From Vulcanimicrobiota bacterium (lineage in GTDB: Bacteria; Vulcanimicrobiota; Vulcanimicrobiia; Vulcanimicrobiales; Vulcanimicrobiaceae): a stretch of 64,000 bases of DNA. The notes under the pieces were generated by a model. That model saw only the letters and a program-made list of their open reading frames with translations, was not told where the DNA came from and made no database searches. Position numbers and translations under genes: made by a program. The stretch is from NCBI GenBank assembly GCA_963786105.1, contig CAWAXX010000001.1:1-64000 (forward strand). Reading direction: 5' to 3'. This document shows positions 29,678 to 39,401 of this stretch, piece by piece. Position 1 is the stretch's first letter. Every line of letters starts with the position of its first letter.

Positions 29678-31075
29678 ATGGCCGGAATCGACTCGACGCT
29701 CGTTGAGATGTGCGAGCGGCACGAGGCGCGCAACCTTGAAGAACTTCAGCGATTGATTGCGATACCGTCGATCAGTGCAGATCCGGATCACCGCGGCGAC
29801 GTCTGGCGCTGCTGCGAGCACTTGGTCGACCGAATGAACGAGATCGGCCTGAGCGCACGGATGCTCGAAACCGACGGCAATCCGTTGGCGTATGGCGAGT
29901 GGATGCAGGCACCGGGAAAGCCGACGCTGCTCGTGTACGGGCACTACGACGTTCAACCCGTCGACCCGGTCGAACTGTGGCACAGTCCGCCGTTCGAGGG
30001 AACGGTACGCGACGGCAAGATTTTCGGTCGCGGTTCGGTTGACGACAAGGGGCAGGTTCTCATGCACCTTGCGGCGATCGACGCGCACTTGCGCGCCCAC
30101 GGTCGTTTGCCGATCAACCTGAAAGTCGTCGTCGAAGGTGAAGAAGAGATCGGTTCGCCGAATTTCGATGCGGCCGTCGAGCGCTATCGCGACGCTTTTT
30201 CGGCCGACGTCGCCGCAATCTCCGACACCGCCATGTATGCCGAAGGCGTTCCCTCGCTCACGACCTCGCTGCGCGGCCTGGTGCACTGGGAAGTTCGGGT
30301 GGACGGACCAACGCACGACGCGCACTCAGGGTACTATGGCGGCGTCGTGCGCAATCCGATCGAAGCGCTCGCCACGATCGTAGCCGGACTCAAGGACGAC
30401 GACGGCCGCGTGTTGGTCCCGGGCTTTTACGACGGCGTTACGGAGTTGGATGCCGCGCAACTCGCCGAGTTGACGGCGCTGGAATATGACGAGGCCCGCG
30501 AAGCGGAGGCGCTCGGAGTTCCCGAGCTGTGGGGTGAACGCGGACGCATTCCGCTCGAGCGCATGTGGTTTCGCCCCACCTTGGAGTGCAACGGTATTTG
30601 GGGCGGGTACAGCGGACCGGGCAGCAAGACGATCGTTCCGAGTCACGCGACGGCAAAAATCTCCGCACGCTTGGTCGGCGAGCAAGATCCGCTACGCATC
30701 CGTCGCGCGGTTGCCGGTTACGTCGAGCAACTCACGCCGGCCGGCGTGCGCGTGAGCGTCAGCGACGACGGTGCGGTTCTGCCGATCGTCGTTCCTCGCG
30801 AGCATCCGGCGGTAGCCGCGGCCGCCCGCGCGATGGAGGCCGGCTTTGGCCGCGCACCGGTATTCATCGGCACCGGCGGTTCGATCGGTCCGGTGGCGAC
30901 GTTCGACCGTGTCTTGCGGCTGCCGCAAGTCCTAATCGGCGTCGGACTGCCCGACGACAGCATCCACGCGCCAAACGAAAAGTTCAGCTTGCGCCAGTTC
31001 TTCGACGGAATAAAAACGATCGCGTTCTTTTACGACGAGCTGGCAACGCTCCAACCCGGGCACGGCGGTGAGTGA
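29678..31075 (+). CDS. M20/M25/M40 family dipeptidase
   Basis: YGHYDVQP, GRGSVDDKG, EGEEE, HSG.YGG, IHAPNE. Confidence 0.93.
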   Translation: MAGIDSTLVEMCERHEARNLEELQRLIAIPSISADPDHRGDVWRCCEHLVDRMNEIGLSARMLETDGNPLAYGEWMQAPGKPTLLVYGHYDVQPVDPVELWHSPPFEGTVRDGKIFGRGSVDDKGQVLMHLAAIDAHLRAHGRLPINLKVVVEGEEEIGSPNFDAAVERYRDAFSADVAAISDTAMYAEGVPSLTTSLRGLVHWEVRVDGPTHDAHSGYYGGVVRNPIEALATIVAGLKDDDGRVLVPGFYDGVTELDAAQLAELTALEYDEAREAEALGVPELWGERGRIPLERMWFRPTLECNGIWGGYSGPGSKTIVPSHATAKISARLVGEQDPLRIRRAVAGYVEQLTPAGVRVSVSDDGAVLPIVVPREHPAVAAAARAMEAGFGRAPVFIGTGGSIGPVATFDRVLRLPQVLIGVGLPDDSIHAPNEKFSLRQFFDGIKTIAFFYDELATLQPGHGGE

Positions 31076-31808
31076 CGCGCCGCGGCCGACCGAACGCTTC
31101 GGTAGCCGGGCGCCGGCGTACGCGTCGTTCCGCCCGGCCTATCCGAACGAGGCGATCGACGCCGTCCTGACCGGCCTGGGCGACATGCGCGAAATCGTGG
31201 TGGCCGACGTCGGCGCCGGGACGGGAATCTCGTCGCGAATGTTTGCCGCCCGTGGCTCCGACGTCATTGCGATCGAGCCGAATGCCGCCATGCAAGCGGC
31301 CGCGGGCGAACATGCGCGCGTGCGTTGGTGCGACGGAACCGCGGAGCGTACGGGTCTTGCGGATCGAAGCGTCGACGTCGTCGTTGCGTGCCAGGCGTTC
31401 CATTGGTTCGCGACACCGGAGGCGATGACCGAATTCGCGCGGATCGCCCGCCGGCGCGCAGCGATTCTGCAATACGAGCGCGACGAGCGCGACGCGTTCA
31501 CCAACGAATACGGCGAGATCGTACGCGCCTACGCCCGCGACGACACCGAGGCACGGCGCCTAGCGGCGTTGACGACGTTCGCGCGGTTTCCAAACGCCCG
31601 CGTCACCCACGCTGAGTTCCCATCGGCGCAGATCCTGACGCGCGACGCGCTGCTCGGACGCGCTGCATCGTCATCGTACCTCCCCGACGCGGGTCCGGAG
31701 TCCGAAGCGATGCAACGCGACTTGCGCGCGGCATTCGAACGCCATCAACACGATGGTGCGGTCGAATTGGCTATGGTGACGCACGTGCTCGTTGCCGAGT
31801 TCCGTTGA
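31068..31808 (+). CDS. Class I SAM-dependent methyltransferase
   Basis: RPAYP, ADVGAGTG, QAFHWF. Confidence 0.9.
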   Translation: MSDAPRPTERFGSRAPAYASFRPAYPNEAIDAVLTGLGDMREIVVADVGAGTGISSRMFAARGSDVIAIEPNAAMQAAAGEHARVRWCDGTAERTGLADRSVDVVVACQAFHWFATPEAMTEFARIARRRAAILQYERDERDAFTNEYGEIVRAYARDDTEARRLAALTTFARFPNARVTHAEFPSAQILTRDALLGRAASSSYLPDAGPESEAMQRDLRAAFERHQHDGAVELAMVTHVLVAEFR

Positions 31809-33940
31809 CGCGCCTGCGGCTCGGCATCGATGTCGGCGGCACGTTCACCGACGTGGTTGCGATCGATGCGTCAACGCGCGAGTTGACGGCGCGCGTCAAG
31901 GTGCCGACGACGCACGCCGCCCCTGAAGGCGTCGCGGCGGGCATCGTCGCCGGTATCGAACGGCTTTTAAACGGAACGGGGCTCGACGGCCGCGACGTGG
32001 CCTTCATCGCGCACTCGACCACGCAAGCGACCAACGCCCTTTTGGAGGGCGACGTCGCGCGAGTCGGCGTGATCGGATTGGTGCGCTCGGCAGCGTGGTT
32101 GGTGCGCCGCCACATGCGCTTCGGAACCGTCGTGCTCGCGCCCGGGTCCACGCTCGCCGCCGGCTTTCACTTCGCGCGTGCCGGCGACGAACGCGACGTT
32201 CGCCGCGCGGTCGATTCCGCAATCGCCGGCGGGGCGCAGGCGATCGCGGCTACCGAAGCGTTCGGCGTCGACCGCCCCGGTGCGGAGTCGTTTACGGCGG
32301 CGTATGCTCGCGAACGCGGCGTCGAAGCGACCAGCGGGCACGACGTTAGCTCCACGTACGGGTTGCGCGCTCGAACGCGGACGGCGGCCCTCAATGCGGC
32401 GATGCTTCCGCGGATGGTTCGGACATCGCGCATGACCGCAGCCGCCGTTTCCCGGGCCGAAATTCCGGCGCCGTTGATGATCATGCGCAGCGATGGCGGC
32501 GTCATGGACGTTCGCGAAATCGAGCGGCGGCCAATCCTCACGCTCCTGTCGGGGCCGGCTGCCGGCGTAGCCGGAGCGTTGCTGCACGACAATCTCACCG
32601 ACGGCATTTTCGTGGAGGTCGGCGGAACCAGCTCGGATTGTTCGGCCATTCGCGGCGGCCGGCCGCAGATGCGGCCGGCTCGCATCGGCGGTCACCGGAC
32701 GATGCTGCAGACCCTCGACGTGCGGACGCTCGGCATTGCCGGCGGAAGCATGGTGCGTATCGGCGGCGCCGGGATCGTCGACGTCGGACCGCGGAGCGCG
32801 CACATTGCCGGTTGCGCGTACGCGTGTTACGCCGACGAAGCGCGGATCGTCGACGCGCGCGTCGAAACGATGGCGCCGTCGAATCGCGATCCCGCCGACT
32901 ATGCGGTGTTGATCGCTCGCGACGGAACGCGCATGGCGATCACGCCCAGTTGCGCGGCCAATGCGCTCGGGATCGTCCCCGAGGATGCGTACGCGCGGGG
33001 AAATACCGAATCGGCCCGGCGCGCCTTCGTGCTGCTCGCGCGACATACCGGCTCCGATCCCGACGTGCTCGCGCGCGCCGTGCTCGATCTGGCGGCCGGT
33101 AAGCTCCGCGCCGCCATCGAGGAACTCATCGTTGACTACGACCTCGATCCAAGCCAGGTAACCATCGTGGGAGGCGGAGGCGGCGCCGGCGCGATCGTTC
33201 CGTTTACCGCCGAGGCGATGCGGCTGCCATTCCGGATCGCGCGCGACGCCGAGGTCATCGCGCCGATCGGCGTGGCGCTGGCGTTGGTTCGCGACGTCGT
33301 CGAGCGCACGATCGTGGCGCCGACGCCAACCGACATCGCGCGAATTCGACGCGAAGCCGCCGACCGAGTGGTGGCGGCCGGAGCCGCACCGGAACGCGTC
33401 GAGGTTGCCGTCGAGATCGATTCGCAACGCAATCGAGTTCGCGCAATCGCCTCCGGCGCGACCGCGCTCGCCGACGTAGTTGCCGGGGAGACCTGCGACG
33501 AGCCGACCCGGCGCATTGCGGCCGCGCGATCGCTACGCTGCGATGCAGGCGAGCTGGAGCGCGTCGACCTCACGCCGGCGCTGGTCGCTTACCGGCACGG
33601 TTCCCGTCTCGCGCGTTCTTTCGGGCGATCGCAGGAGGTCGTCGACTCGCGAATCGTCGACGAACGTGGTGTGATCCGCCTGGCGTTGCGCGACGCCGCC
33701 ATAGTGCGGACGACGGTGGCCGAAATTGAAGATCGTGTGCGCGCCGCGGTCGAAAGCGCCACCCGGTTTGGTGACGTCGGCCGCGCGCTACCCGCGTTGT
33801 ATCTCGTGCGCCGCGCGCGAATCGCGGCCTTCGACGGATTGACCGGCAGCGATCAAGCCGTTGCGCTGGTTTGCGAGGATCTCGAGGGCAGCGACCCGCA
33901 CGAACCGGTCGCGATTCTCACGACGGTTCGCTCGGCATAA
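31805..33940 (+). CDS. Hydantoinase/oxoprolinase-A-like (ASKHA ATPase) protein
   Basis: GIDVGGTFTD, HSTTQATNALLEG, MRSDGG, LSGPAAG, EVGGTSSD, AGGS. Confidence 0.9.
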   Translation: MTRLRLGIDVGGTFTDVVAIDASTRELTARVKVPTTHAAPEGVAAGIVAGIERLLNGTGLDGRDVAFIAHSTTQATNALLEGDVARVGVIGLVRSAAWLVRRHMRFGTVVLAPGSTLAAGFHFARAGDERDVRRAVDSAIAGGAQAIAATEAFGVDRPGAESFTAAYARERGVEATSGHDVSSTYGLRARTRTAALNAAMLPRMVRTSRMTAAAVSRAEIPAPLMIMRSDGGVMDVREIERRPILTLLSGPAAGVAGALLHDNLTDGIFVEVGGTSSDCSAIRGGRPQMRPARIGGHRTMLQTLDVRTLGIAGGSMVRIGGAGIVDVGPRSAHIAGCAYACYADEARIVDARVETMAPSNRDPADYAVLIARDGTRMAITPSCAANALGIVPEDAYARGNTESARRAFVLLARHTGSDPDVLARAVLDLAAGKLRAAIEELIVDYDLDPSQVTIVGGGGGAGAIVPFTAEAMRLPFRIARDAEVIAPIGVALALVRDVVERTIVAPTPTDIARIRREAADRVVAAGAAPERVEVAVEIDSQRNRVRAIASGATALADVVAGETCDEPTRRIAAARSLRCDAGELERVDLTPALVAYRHGSRLARSFGRSQEVVDSRIVDERGVIRLALRDAAIVRTTVAEIEDRVRAAVESATRFGDVGRALPALYLVRRARIAAFDGLTGSDQAVALVCEDLEGSDPHEPVAILTTVRSA

Positions 33941-33965
33941 GCGAGCGTGATCGCGGAGGGACGCC

Positions 33966-33991
33966 GTTTGGCGAACGGCCCGATGCGGTAC
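33966..33991 (+). promoter_or_regulatory. Possible SigB/SigF-type promoter
   Basis: GTTT-N16-CGGTAC, 40 nt upstream of the DUF6496 gene. Confidence 0.4.
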
Positions 33992-34031
33992 AAAGCGAGC
34001 AACATTCTCTCGCCAAAGGGGTCGAAACACC

Positions 34032-34313
34032 ATGGCTGCGGCTCGCAAAAAATCCAGCTCTACCGTTCGCAAGAAAACGACGGCGCGCAAGAAAACGACG
34101 GTCGGCAAGAAGTCGTCCGGGCGAAAGAAAGCGGTCCGGAAGTACTCGCGCAAAGCCGGCCGCAAGGTGGAAAAAGTCATGCGTGAGATGAAGCGAGGCG
34201 AACTCAAATCCGGTCGATCGGGCCGTACAGTCAAGAGTCGCAAACAGGCGATCGCCATCGCGCTAAGCGAAGCACGGCGTGAGGGCGATAAGGTTCCCGA
34301 TCAGAAGGGTTGA
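34032..34313 (+). CDS. DUF6496-like small basic protein
   Basis: K/R-rich N-terminus plus KVEKVMREMKRGELKSGRSG..VKSRKQAIAIALSEARREG. Confidence 0.88.
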   Translation: MAAARKKSSSTVRKKTTARKKTTVGKKSSGRKKAVRKYSRKAGRKVEKVMREMKRGELKSGRSGRTVKSRKQAIAIALSEARREGDKVPDQKG

Positions 34314-34357
34314 ACTAAACCTACCGTCGGTGCGTTGCTTAGCGGAGCTGGTTGAAG

Positions 34358-34438
34358 GTCCTTCGACCGCGCTCCTTCGACTGCGCTCGCTTCGCTCGCT
34401 CCGCTCAGGATGACAAAGCGCCTCCGCTCAGGATGACA
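34358..34438 (-). repeat. REP-like repeat cluster (same family as 3606)
   Basis: TCCTTCGACTGCGCTCGCTTCGCTCGCTCCGCTCAGGATGACA plus partial duplicates; lies between convergent genes. Confidence 0.85.
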
Positions 34439-34448
34439 CGGGGGGCTA

Positions 34449-35990
34449 TCAGTTCACCCGTGGTTGCTTTACCGCTAAACCTTCGGTCGCTTCCAGCGCG
34501 ACGGTGCTCTTGTGCCGGCCGTACGCGTAGTAGAAGGCGAGTCCGACGGCCATCCAGATCAGGAACCACAGCCAGACGATCGGGAAGAAACCCCATGCGA
34601 GCGGATTGCCGACTTTGAGATAGTAAATCAAACCAAGCGCGGTGATCGCCGACAGCACCGGAATGAGGTACGGTCCGAGCGGCAGTTGGAACTGCCCGTG
34701 AGCCTCCGGATGGCGTTTTCGCAAAATCGGGACGGCAATCGACACGAGGATGAACGCCACCAGCGTTCCCATGTTCGTGAGCGACCCCACGATATTGATC
34801 GGCGTAAAGGCTGCGATGAGGGCGATGCAAATGCCGAAAAACGCCGTCGAGAAGATCGGCGTGCGCCAGGTCTTGTGGATGCGGGTGAACGACGGCGGTA
34901 TCAAGCCGTCGCGCGACATGGCAAAAAAGATGCGGCTTTGTCCGAACATCATCACCAGCAGCACGGTCGTCAACCCGGCAATGGCTCCGAGCGAGATGAT
35001 GACGCCGGCCCAGCTCAGGCCGACATAGTTCATGGCGAACGCCACCGGGAAGGCGACGTTGAGTTTGTAGAACGGCACCATCCCGTTGAGGATCGCTACG
35101 ACGATGATGTAGAGAATCGTACAAACCAAGAGGCTGACGATGATGCCGAAAGGCAAGTCTCTGCCGGGGTTCTTGGCCTCTTCGGCGGTCGTCGAAACGG
35201 CGTCGAAGCCGATGTACGCAAAGAAGATGAACGCCGCGCCACCGAGCATCCCGGTCCAGCCGAACGGAAAATATCCGCCCATTCCCGCGGGACCGCCCGG
35301 CGGCAAGCTGTAGTTGGCACCATTAATGTGTCCCAACCCGACGATGATGAAGAACATGACGATCGCGAGCTTCACGGCAACGATGACGGCGTTAACGGCG
35401 CCCGACTCCTTGGTGCCGCGTATCAGCAGTGCGGTGATGATCAAGATGATCCCGGCCGCGGGCAGGTTCGCGTAGCCGGAGACGCCGGCCTGACCGGCGA
35501 GTCCCCAGTGTGGACCGTTCGTCCACTCCGGCGGGATGTTCAGCCACCCCAGTCCGGGTGTCATCCCCGCCTGATGCAAAATGTTGGTGAAATAGCCGGA
35601 CCACCCAATACTCACGGTGGCGGCGCCAAGGGCATATTCGAGCACGAGATCCCAGCCGATGATCCACGCGAGAAACTCACCGAGGGTTGCATACGTGTAG
35701 GTATACGCCGAGCCGGAAATCGGGATCTTACTCGACACTTCGGCGTAGCAAAGTGCCGCAAGCCCACTGACGAACCCGGCGACCACGAACGAAATCGTCA
35801 ACGACGGTCCCGAGCGCGTGGCCGAGGCGACGCCGGTCAACACGAAGATACCGGTGCCGATAATGGCGCCGATGCCCATGGCGGTTAGCGCCCACGGCCC
35901 GAGCGACCGGCGCAGCGAGTGTTCGGTGTTTTCTTCGCTGCCTTCGGCCAAAATGCGCGACAGCGGCTTTACGCGTTGAAACAACAGCAT
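34449..35990 (-). CDS. APC-family amino acid permease (cationic amino acid transporter-like)
   Basis: GIGAIIGTGIFV, LCYAE, SGSAYTY, FFAYIGFDAV, EEAKNP. Confidence 0.95.
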   Translation of the reverse strand: MLLFQRVKPLSRILAEGSEENTEHSLRRSLGPWALTAMGIGAIIGTGIFVLTGVASATRSGPSLTISFVVAGFVSGLAALCYAEVSSKIPISGSAYTYTYATLGEFLAWIIGWDLVLEYALGAATVSIGWSGYFTNILHQAGMTPGLGWLNIPPEWTNGPHWGLAGQAGVSGYANLPAAGIILIITALLIRGTKESGAVNAVIVAVKLAIVMFFIIVGLGHINGANYSLPPGGPAGMGGYFPFGWTGMLGGAAFIFFAYIGFDAVSTTAEEAKNPGRDLPFGIIVSLLVCTILYIIVVAILNGMVPFYKLNVAFPVAFAMNYVGLSWAGVIISLGAIAGLTTVLLVMMFGQSRIFFAMSRDGLIPPSFTRIHKTWRTPIFSTAFFGICIALIAAFTPINIVGSLTNMGTLVAFILVSIAVPILRKRHPEAHGQFQLPLGPYLIPVLSAITALGLIYYLKVGNPLAWGFFPIVWLWFLIWMAVGLAFYYAYGRHKSTVALEATEGLAVKQPRVN

Positions 35991-36106
35991 TTGCGCCTCG
36001 AAATACACCCTCGGCGCCTGACTCCCTGGTTTTCTCCGGTTTTTGCCGAGGTTTGAGCGTGCGCTGCCCCCAGGCCGGTGCTTCCTCGCGGCGAACTCGC
36101 GAGGCG

Positions 36107-37460
36107 ATGCACGACGTGCTGGTCATTGGCGGCGGCAACGCCGGATGCGCGGCAGCGATTGCGGCGGCCCGGCACGGGGCGCGGACGATGCTGGTCGAGC
36201 GTTACGGATTTCTCGGCGGGACGGCTACCGCGTCCATGGTCGGGCCGTGGATGACCTTTCATTCCGGCGGCGACCGGATCGTCGGCGGAATCGCACAAGA
36301 AATGGTCGAGCGATTGATGCAGAAAGGCGCATCACCCGGGCACATTCGCGATTCGTCCGACTACGTTTCGACGATCACGCCGTTCGATCCCGAAGTGCAT
36401 AAGGCGCTGCTCTTCGAAATGATGCGTGAGGCCGGCGTCGCGCTGATGCTTCACGCGTACGTGCTCGAGGCGGACGTCGACGGTGACACCGTCCGCGGTG
36501 CCACCTTTGCGACCGTCGGGGGGACGCGCAGGTTCGGCGGCCGCGTCGTCATCGACACGACCGCCGATGCCTTCGTCGCGGCAGCCGCCGGCGTCCCCAC
36601 CCAACAGGGCGACGAGCGCGGCCGGGTTCAGCCGGCGAGCTTGATGTTTCGCTTGAGTCACGTAAATCTCGACGAACTCGCGGCATATCTGCGCGAACGT
36701 CCCGATCAGGTGCGCACGTCACTAAAGGTAGAGGAGAGAACCGCGCCGGCCTTGACCGCGGTCGCCGGTCTGCGAGAACTGTGGCAGCGCGCGAGCGAAG
36801 ACGGCGAAGTCGACGTCCCGCGCGAGCTGGTGTCGTTCTTCATCTCGCCGTATCCCGACGAAGTCACCGTGAACATGACGCGCGTCGTTCACATCGATCC
36901 GCTCGACCCCGAGGATCTGACGCGCGCCGAAGTCGAGGCCCGGCTGCAGGTGATGCAGCTGCTGCGCCTTTTTCCGCAGGCGCGTTCCGGGATTCGAGCA
37001 TGCCCGCCTGGCAGCGACCGGAACGCAGGTCGGGATTCGCGAATCGCGCCGCATCGTCGGGCGCTACACGTTGACGGCGCAAGATGTGCTGCAAGCGCGC
37101 CGGTTCGACGACGCGGTCGCTCGCAGCGCCTATCCGATTGACATCCACAACCCGTCGGGCTCCGGAACGACGACCCAGCGTTTGGCGCCGGGCGAAAGCT
37201 ACGAGATTCCGTACCGCTGCTTGGTGCCGGTTAACCGCGAGCAGCTGCTGGTGGCCGGGCGATGCATTTCAACCACCCACGAGGCGCTGGCTTCGACCCG
37301 GCTGACCCCGACCGTCATGACGTTGGGCCAAGCCGCCGGAACCGCCGCGGCACTTGCGTGCGCGCGAGGCGTGCGCGTCGGAGACATCGACACGCGCGAG
37401 CTGCGCGCGCAGTTAGTCGCCGACGGCGTCGATCTACGGCGAACTGAGGCCTCTGCATGA
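36107..37460 (+). CDS. FAD-dependent oxidoreductase (FAD_oxidored family; frameshift near 36968)
   Basis: DVLVIGGGNAG, LVERYGFLGGT, QPASLMF; one extra base in CGCCTTTTT, then GIRESRRIVG, YEIPYRCLVP, LLVAGRCIS, GQAAGTAA. Confidence 0.9.
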
Positions 37461-37762
37461 ACGCGGCCCTGTCGCTGGCCCGGTCGTACGGCGTCGCGGT
37501 AAGTTTTGCGGATCTGGGCGATTGGGGTTCGGCGGAGTTGCGTTCGGAGTACGATCCGAGCGGACCGGTCATTCGCCTAAATGCACGCGTTGCCGAACGA
37601 ATGACGGCCGCCGATCTCGGAGAGTTCGTTACGCTAGCCATCGCGCACGAGTTGTACCACCATCGCGAACGAATCGGTGAAATCGCCGTCGCCGGCAATC
37701 GCGCAGCGCGCGAGCGAGCCGCCGATCGATACGCCCGCGAGTTGCTGGAGCGGAGTGCGTGA
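37457..37762 (+). CDS. Small HEXXH metallopeptidase-like protein (ImmA/IrrE-like)
   Basis: IRLN..AIAHELYHH..E.AADRYARELL; 4-bp overlaps with both neighbours. Confidence 0.75.
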   Translation: MNAALSLARSYGVAVSFADLGDWGSAELRSEYDPSGPVIRLNARVAERMTAADLGEFVTLAIAHELYHHRERIGEIAVAGNRAARERAADRYARELLERSA

Positions 37763-38673
37763 GTTCGTACGTCGCCGGAATCGATGGCGGACAGAGTTCG
37801 ACCACGGCCGTGATCGGCGATCGGAACGGAAGGATCGTCGGGCGCGGTCGCGCGGGTCCGGCCGATGAAATAGGCGCTGGACCGGACTCCTCGCGCCTTC
37901 GCGACGCGTTGCGCGCCGCGCTGTCGGCCGCCCGCGAGCACGCTGGACTCCCCCGCGGCGTTTCGTTTGCCGCCATCGTCGCCGGCGTGAGCGGTTACGA
38001 AGGCCGCGTCTACGGAAAAGCCCCGGAGTTGCCCACCGCGCGTGAAGTGCTGGTGCACGACGCGCCGATCGCGCATGCCGGCGCGCTCGCAGGCAAGGCG
38101 GGAGTTGTCGTCATCGCCGGGACCGGTTCGACGGTATACGCGACCGGCGGCCCGCAACCGTGGCGCGGCGGCGGCTGGGGCTACCTGTTCGGCGATGAAG
38201 GAAGCGCGTTTTGGATCGCGCGTGAAGCGCTTGAAGCATTGATGCGACGTGATGACGCGAGCGCGCCGGCAAGCGAAGAAGTACGCGCCGCGTGCGACTT
38301 CTTCGGCCTTCCTTCGCTACGTCGCATCGCACGGGGATTTTACGCCGGCGAGGTGAGCCGCGAACGGCTGGCAGCGTTTGCTCCGGCGGCGATGGCCCTC
38401 CCGGCGTTTCGTGAGATCGCTAATCGTGGAGCCGATCGTTTGGCGGCGATGGTGCGGTTGTCGCTCGAAGCCGGCGCAGCGCCGGCGGTGGCTTTTTCAG
38501 GGGGCATGTTCGCCGATGTTCGGTTTAGCGAGCGTCTGGCCGCTGGGATCCGCGAAGCCTTTCCGGCGGTGACAATGATTGCCCCGAAATACGACCCCGG
38601 CGTCGGCGCGCTGATGCTCGCTTACCGCGAGGCGGGTCTCGGGCCGTTTCCGGAAATCGGGGGGCTCGTTTGA
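37759..38673 (+). CDS. BadF/BadG/BcrA/BcrD-family sugar kinase (GlcNAc kinase-like)
   Basis: GIDGGQSST, IAGTGS, GGWGYLFGDEGSAFWI. Confidence 0.88.
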   Translation: MSSYVAGIDGGQSSTTAVIGDRNGRIVGRGRAGPADEIGAGPDSSRLRDALRAALSAAREHAGLPRGVSFAAIVAGVSGYEGRVYGKAPELPTAREVLVHDAPIAHAGALAGKAGVVVIAGTGSTVYATGGPQPWRGGGWGYLFGDEGSAFWIAREALEALMRRDDASAPASEEVRAACDFFGLPSLRRIARGFYAGEVSRERLAAFAPAAMALPAFREIANRGADRLAAMVRLSLEAGAAPAVAFSGGMFADVRFSERLAAGIREAFPAVTMIAPKYDPGVGALMLAYREAGLGPFPEIGGLV

Positions 38674-39356
38674 ACGCCCTGGTCGAAAAACTGCGCGGCG
38701 GTCTGATCGTTTCCGTCCAGGCCTGGAAGGGCTCGGCGCTCGACGACCCGCACGTGATTGCGGCGATGGCGCGGGCGGCGCAAGACGGCGGCGCCGTTGC
38801 CGTCAGGGTTGCCGGCGGGCAGCATATCCGAGCGGTGCGTGCGCGCGTCGACCTGCCGATCGTCGGGCTGGTCAAACGGGCCTACGACGGATTCGATCCG
38901 TACATCACGCCGACGCTGGACGAGGTCTCCGAAATTGTGAGCGCCGGAGCCGAAATCGTGGCTTTCGACGCGACGGCGCGCGCACGCCCCGGGGGAACGA
39001 CCGTCGCCCGCATCGCAGACGCCGTCAAGACGGCGGGAGCCGTGGCCATGGCGGACTGCGCGACCGCTGCCGACGGCGAACGCGCGCGCGCCGCCGGCGC
39101 CGAAATCGTAGCGACGACGTTGTGCGGGTACACCCCCGAAACGTCCGGTCGTCCGTTGCCGGCGCTCGATCTGGTACGCGAGATGGCGCGACCAGATGCT
39201 TTTGTCGTTTGCGAAGGAGGCGTTACGACGCCGGCGCAGTTGAGGGCCGCGTTCGACGCGGGAGCCGCTGCCGTCGTGGTCGGCACGGCTATTACGAACG
39301 TCGACTGGCTGGTACGCAGCTTTGCAGGGTCTGCCGACAACGCGCGAAACCGCTAA
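38670..39356 (+). CDS. nanE: N-acetylmannosamine-6-phosphate 2-epimerase
   Basis: GLIVSVQA, PIVGLVKR, YITPT, MADC, TTLCGYT, EGG, VVGTAIT. Confidence 0.93.
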   Translation: MNALVEKLRGGLIVSVQAWKGSALDDPHVIAAMARAAQDGGAVAVRVAGGQHIRAVRARVDLPIVGLVKRAYDGFDPYITPTLDEVSEIVSAGAEIVAFDATARARPGGTTVARIADAVKTAGAVAMADCATAADGERARAAGAEIVATTLCGYTPETSGRPLPALDLVREMARPDAFVVCEGGVTTPAQLRAAFDAGAAAVVVGTAITNVDWLVRSFAGSADNARNR

Positions 39357-39401
39357 AGTCGGTGCGAGGCGAGACGCTTCCTTATAGCCTATTGACGGAG
39401 A

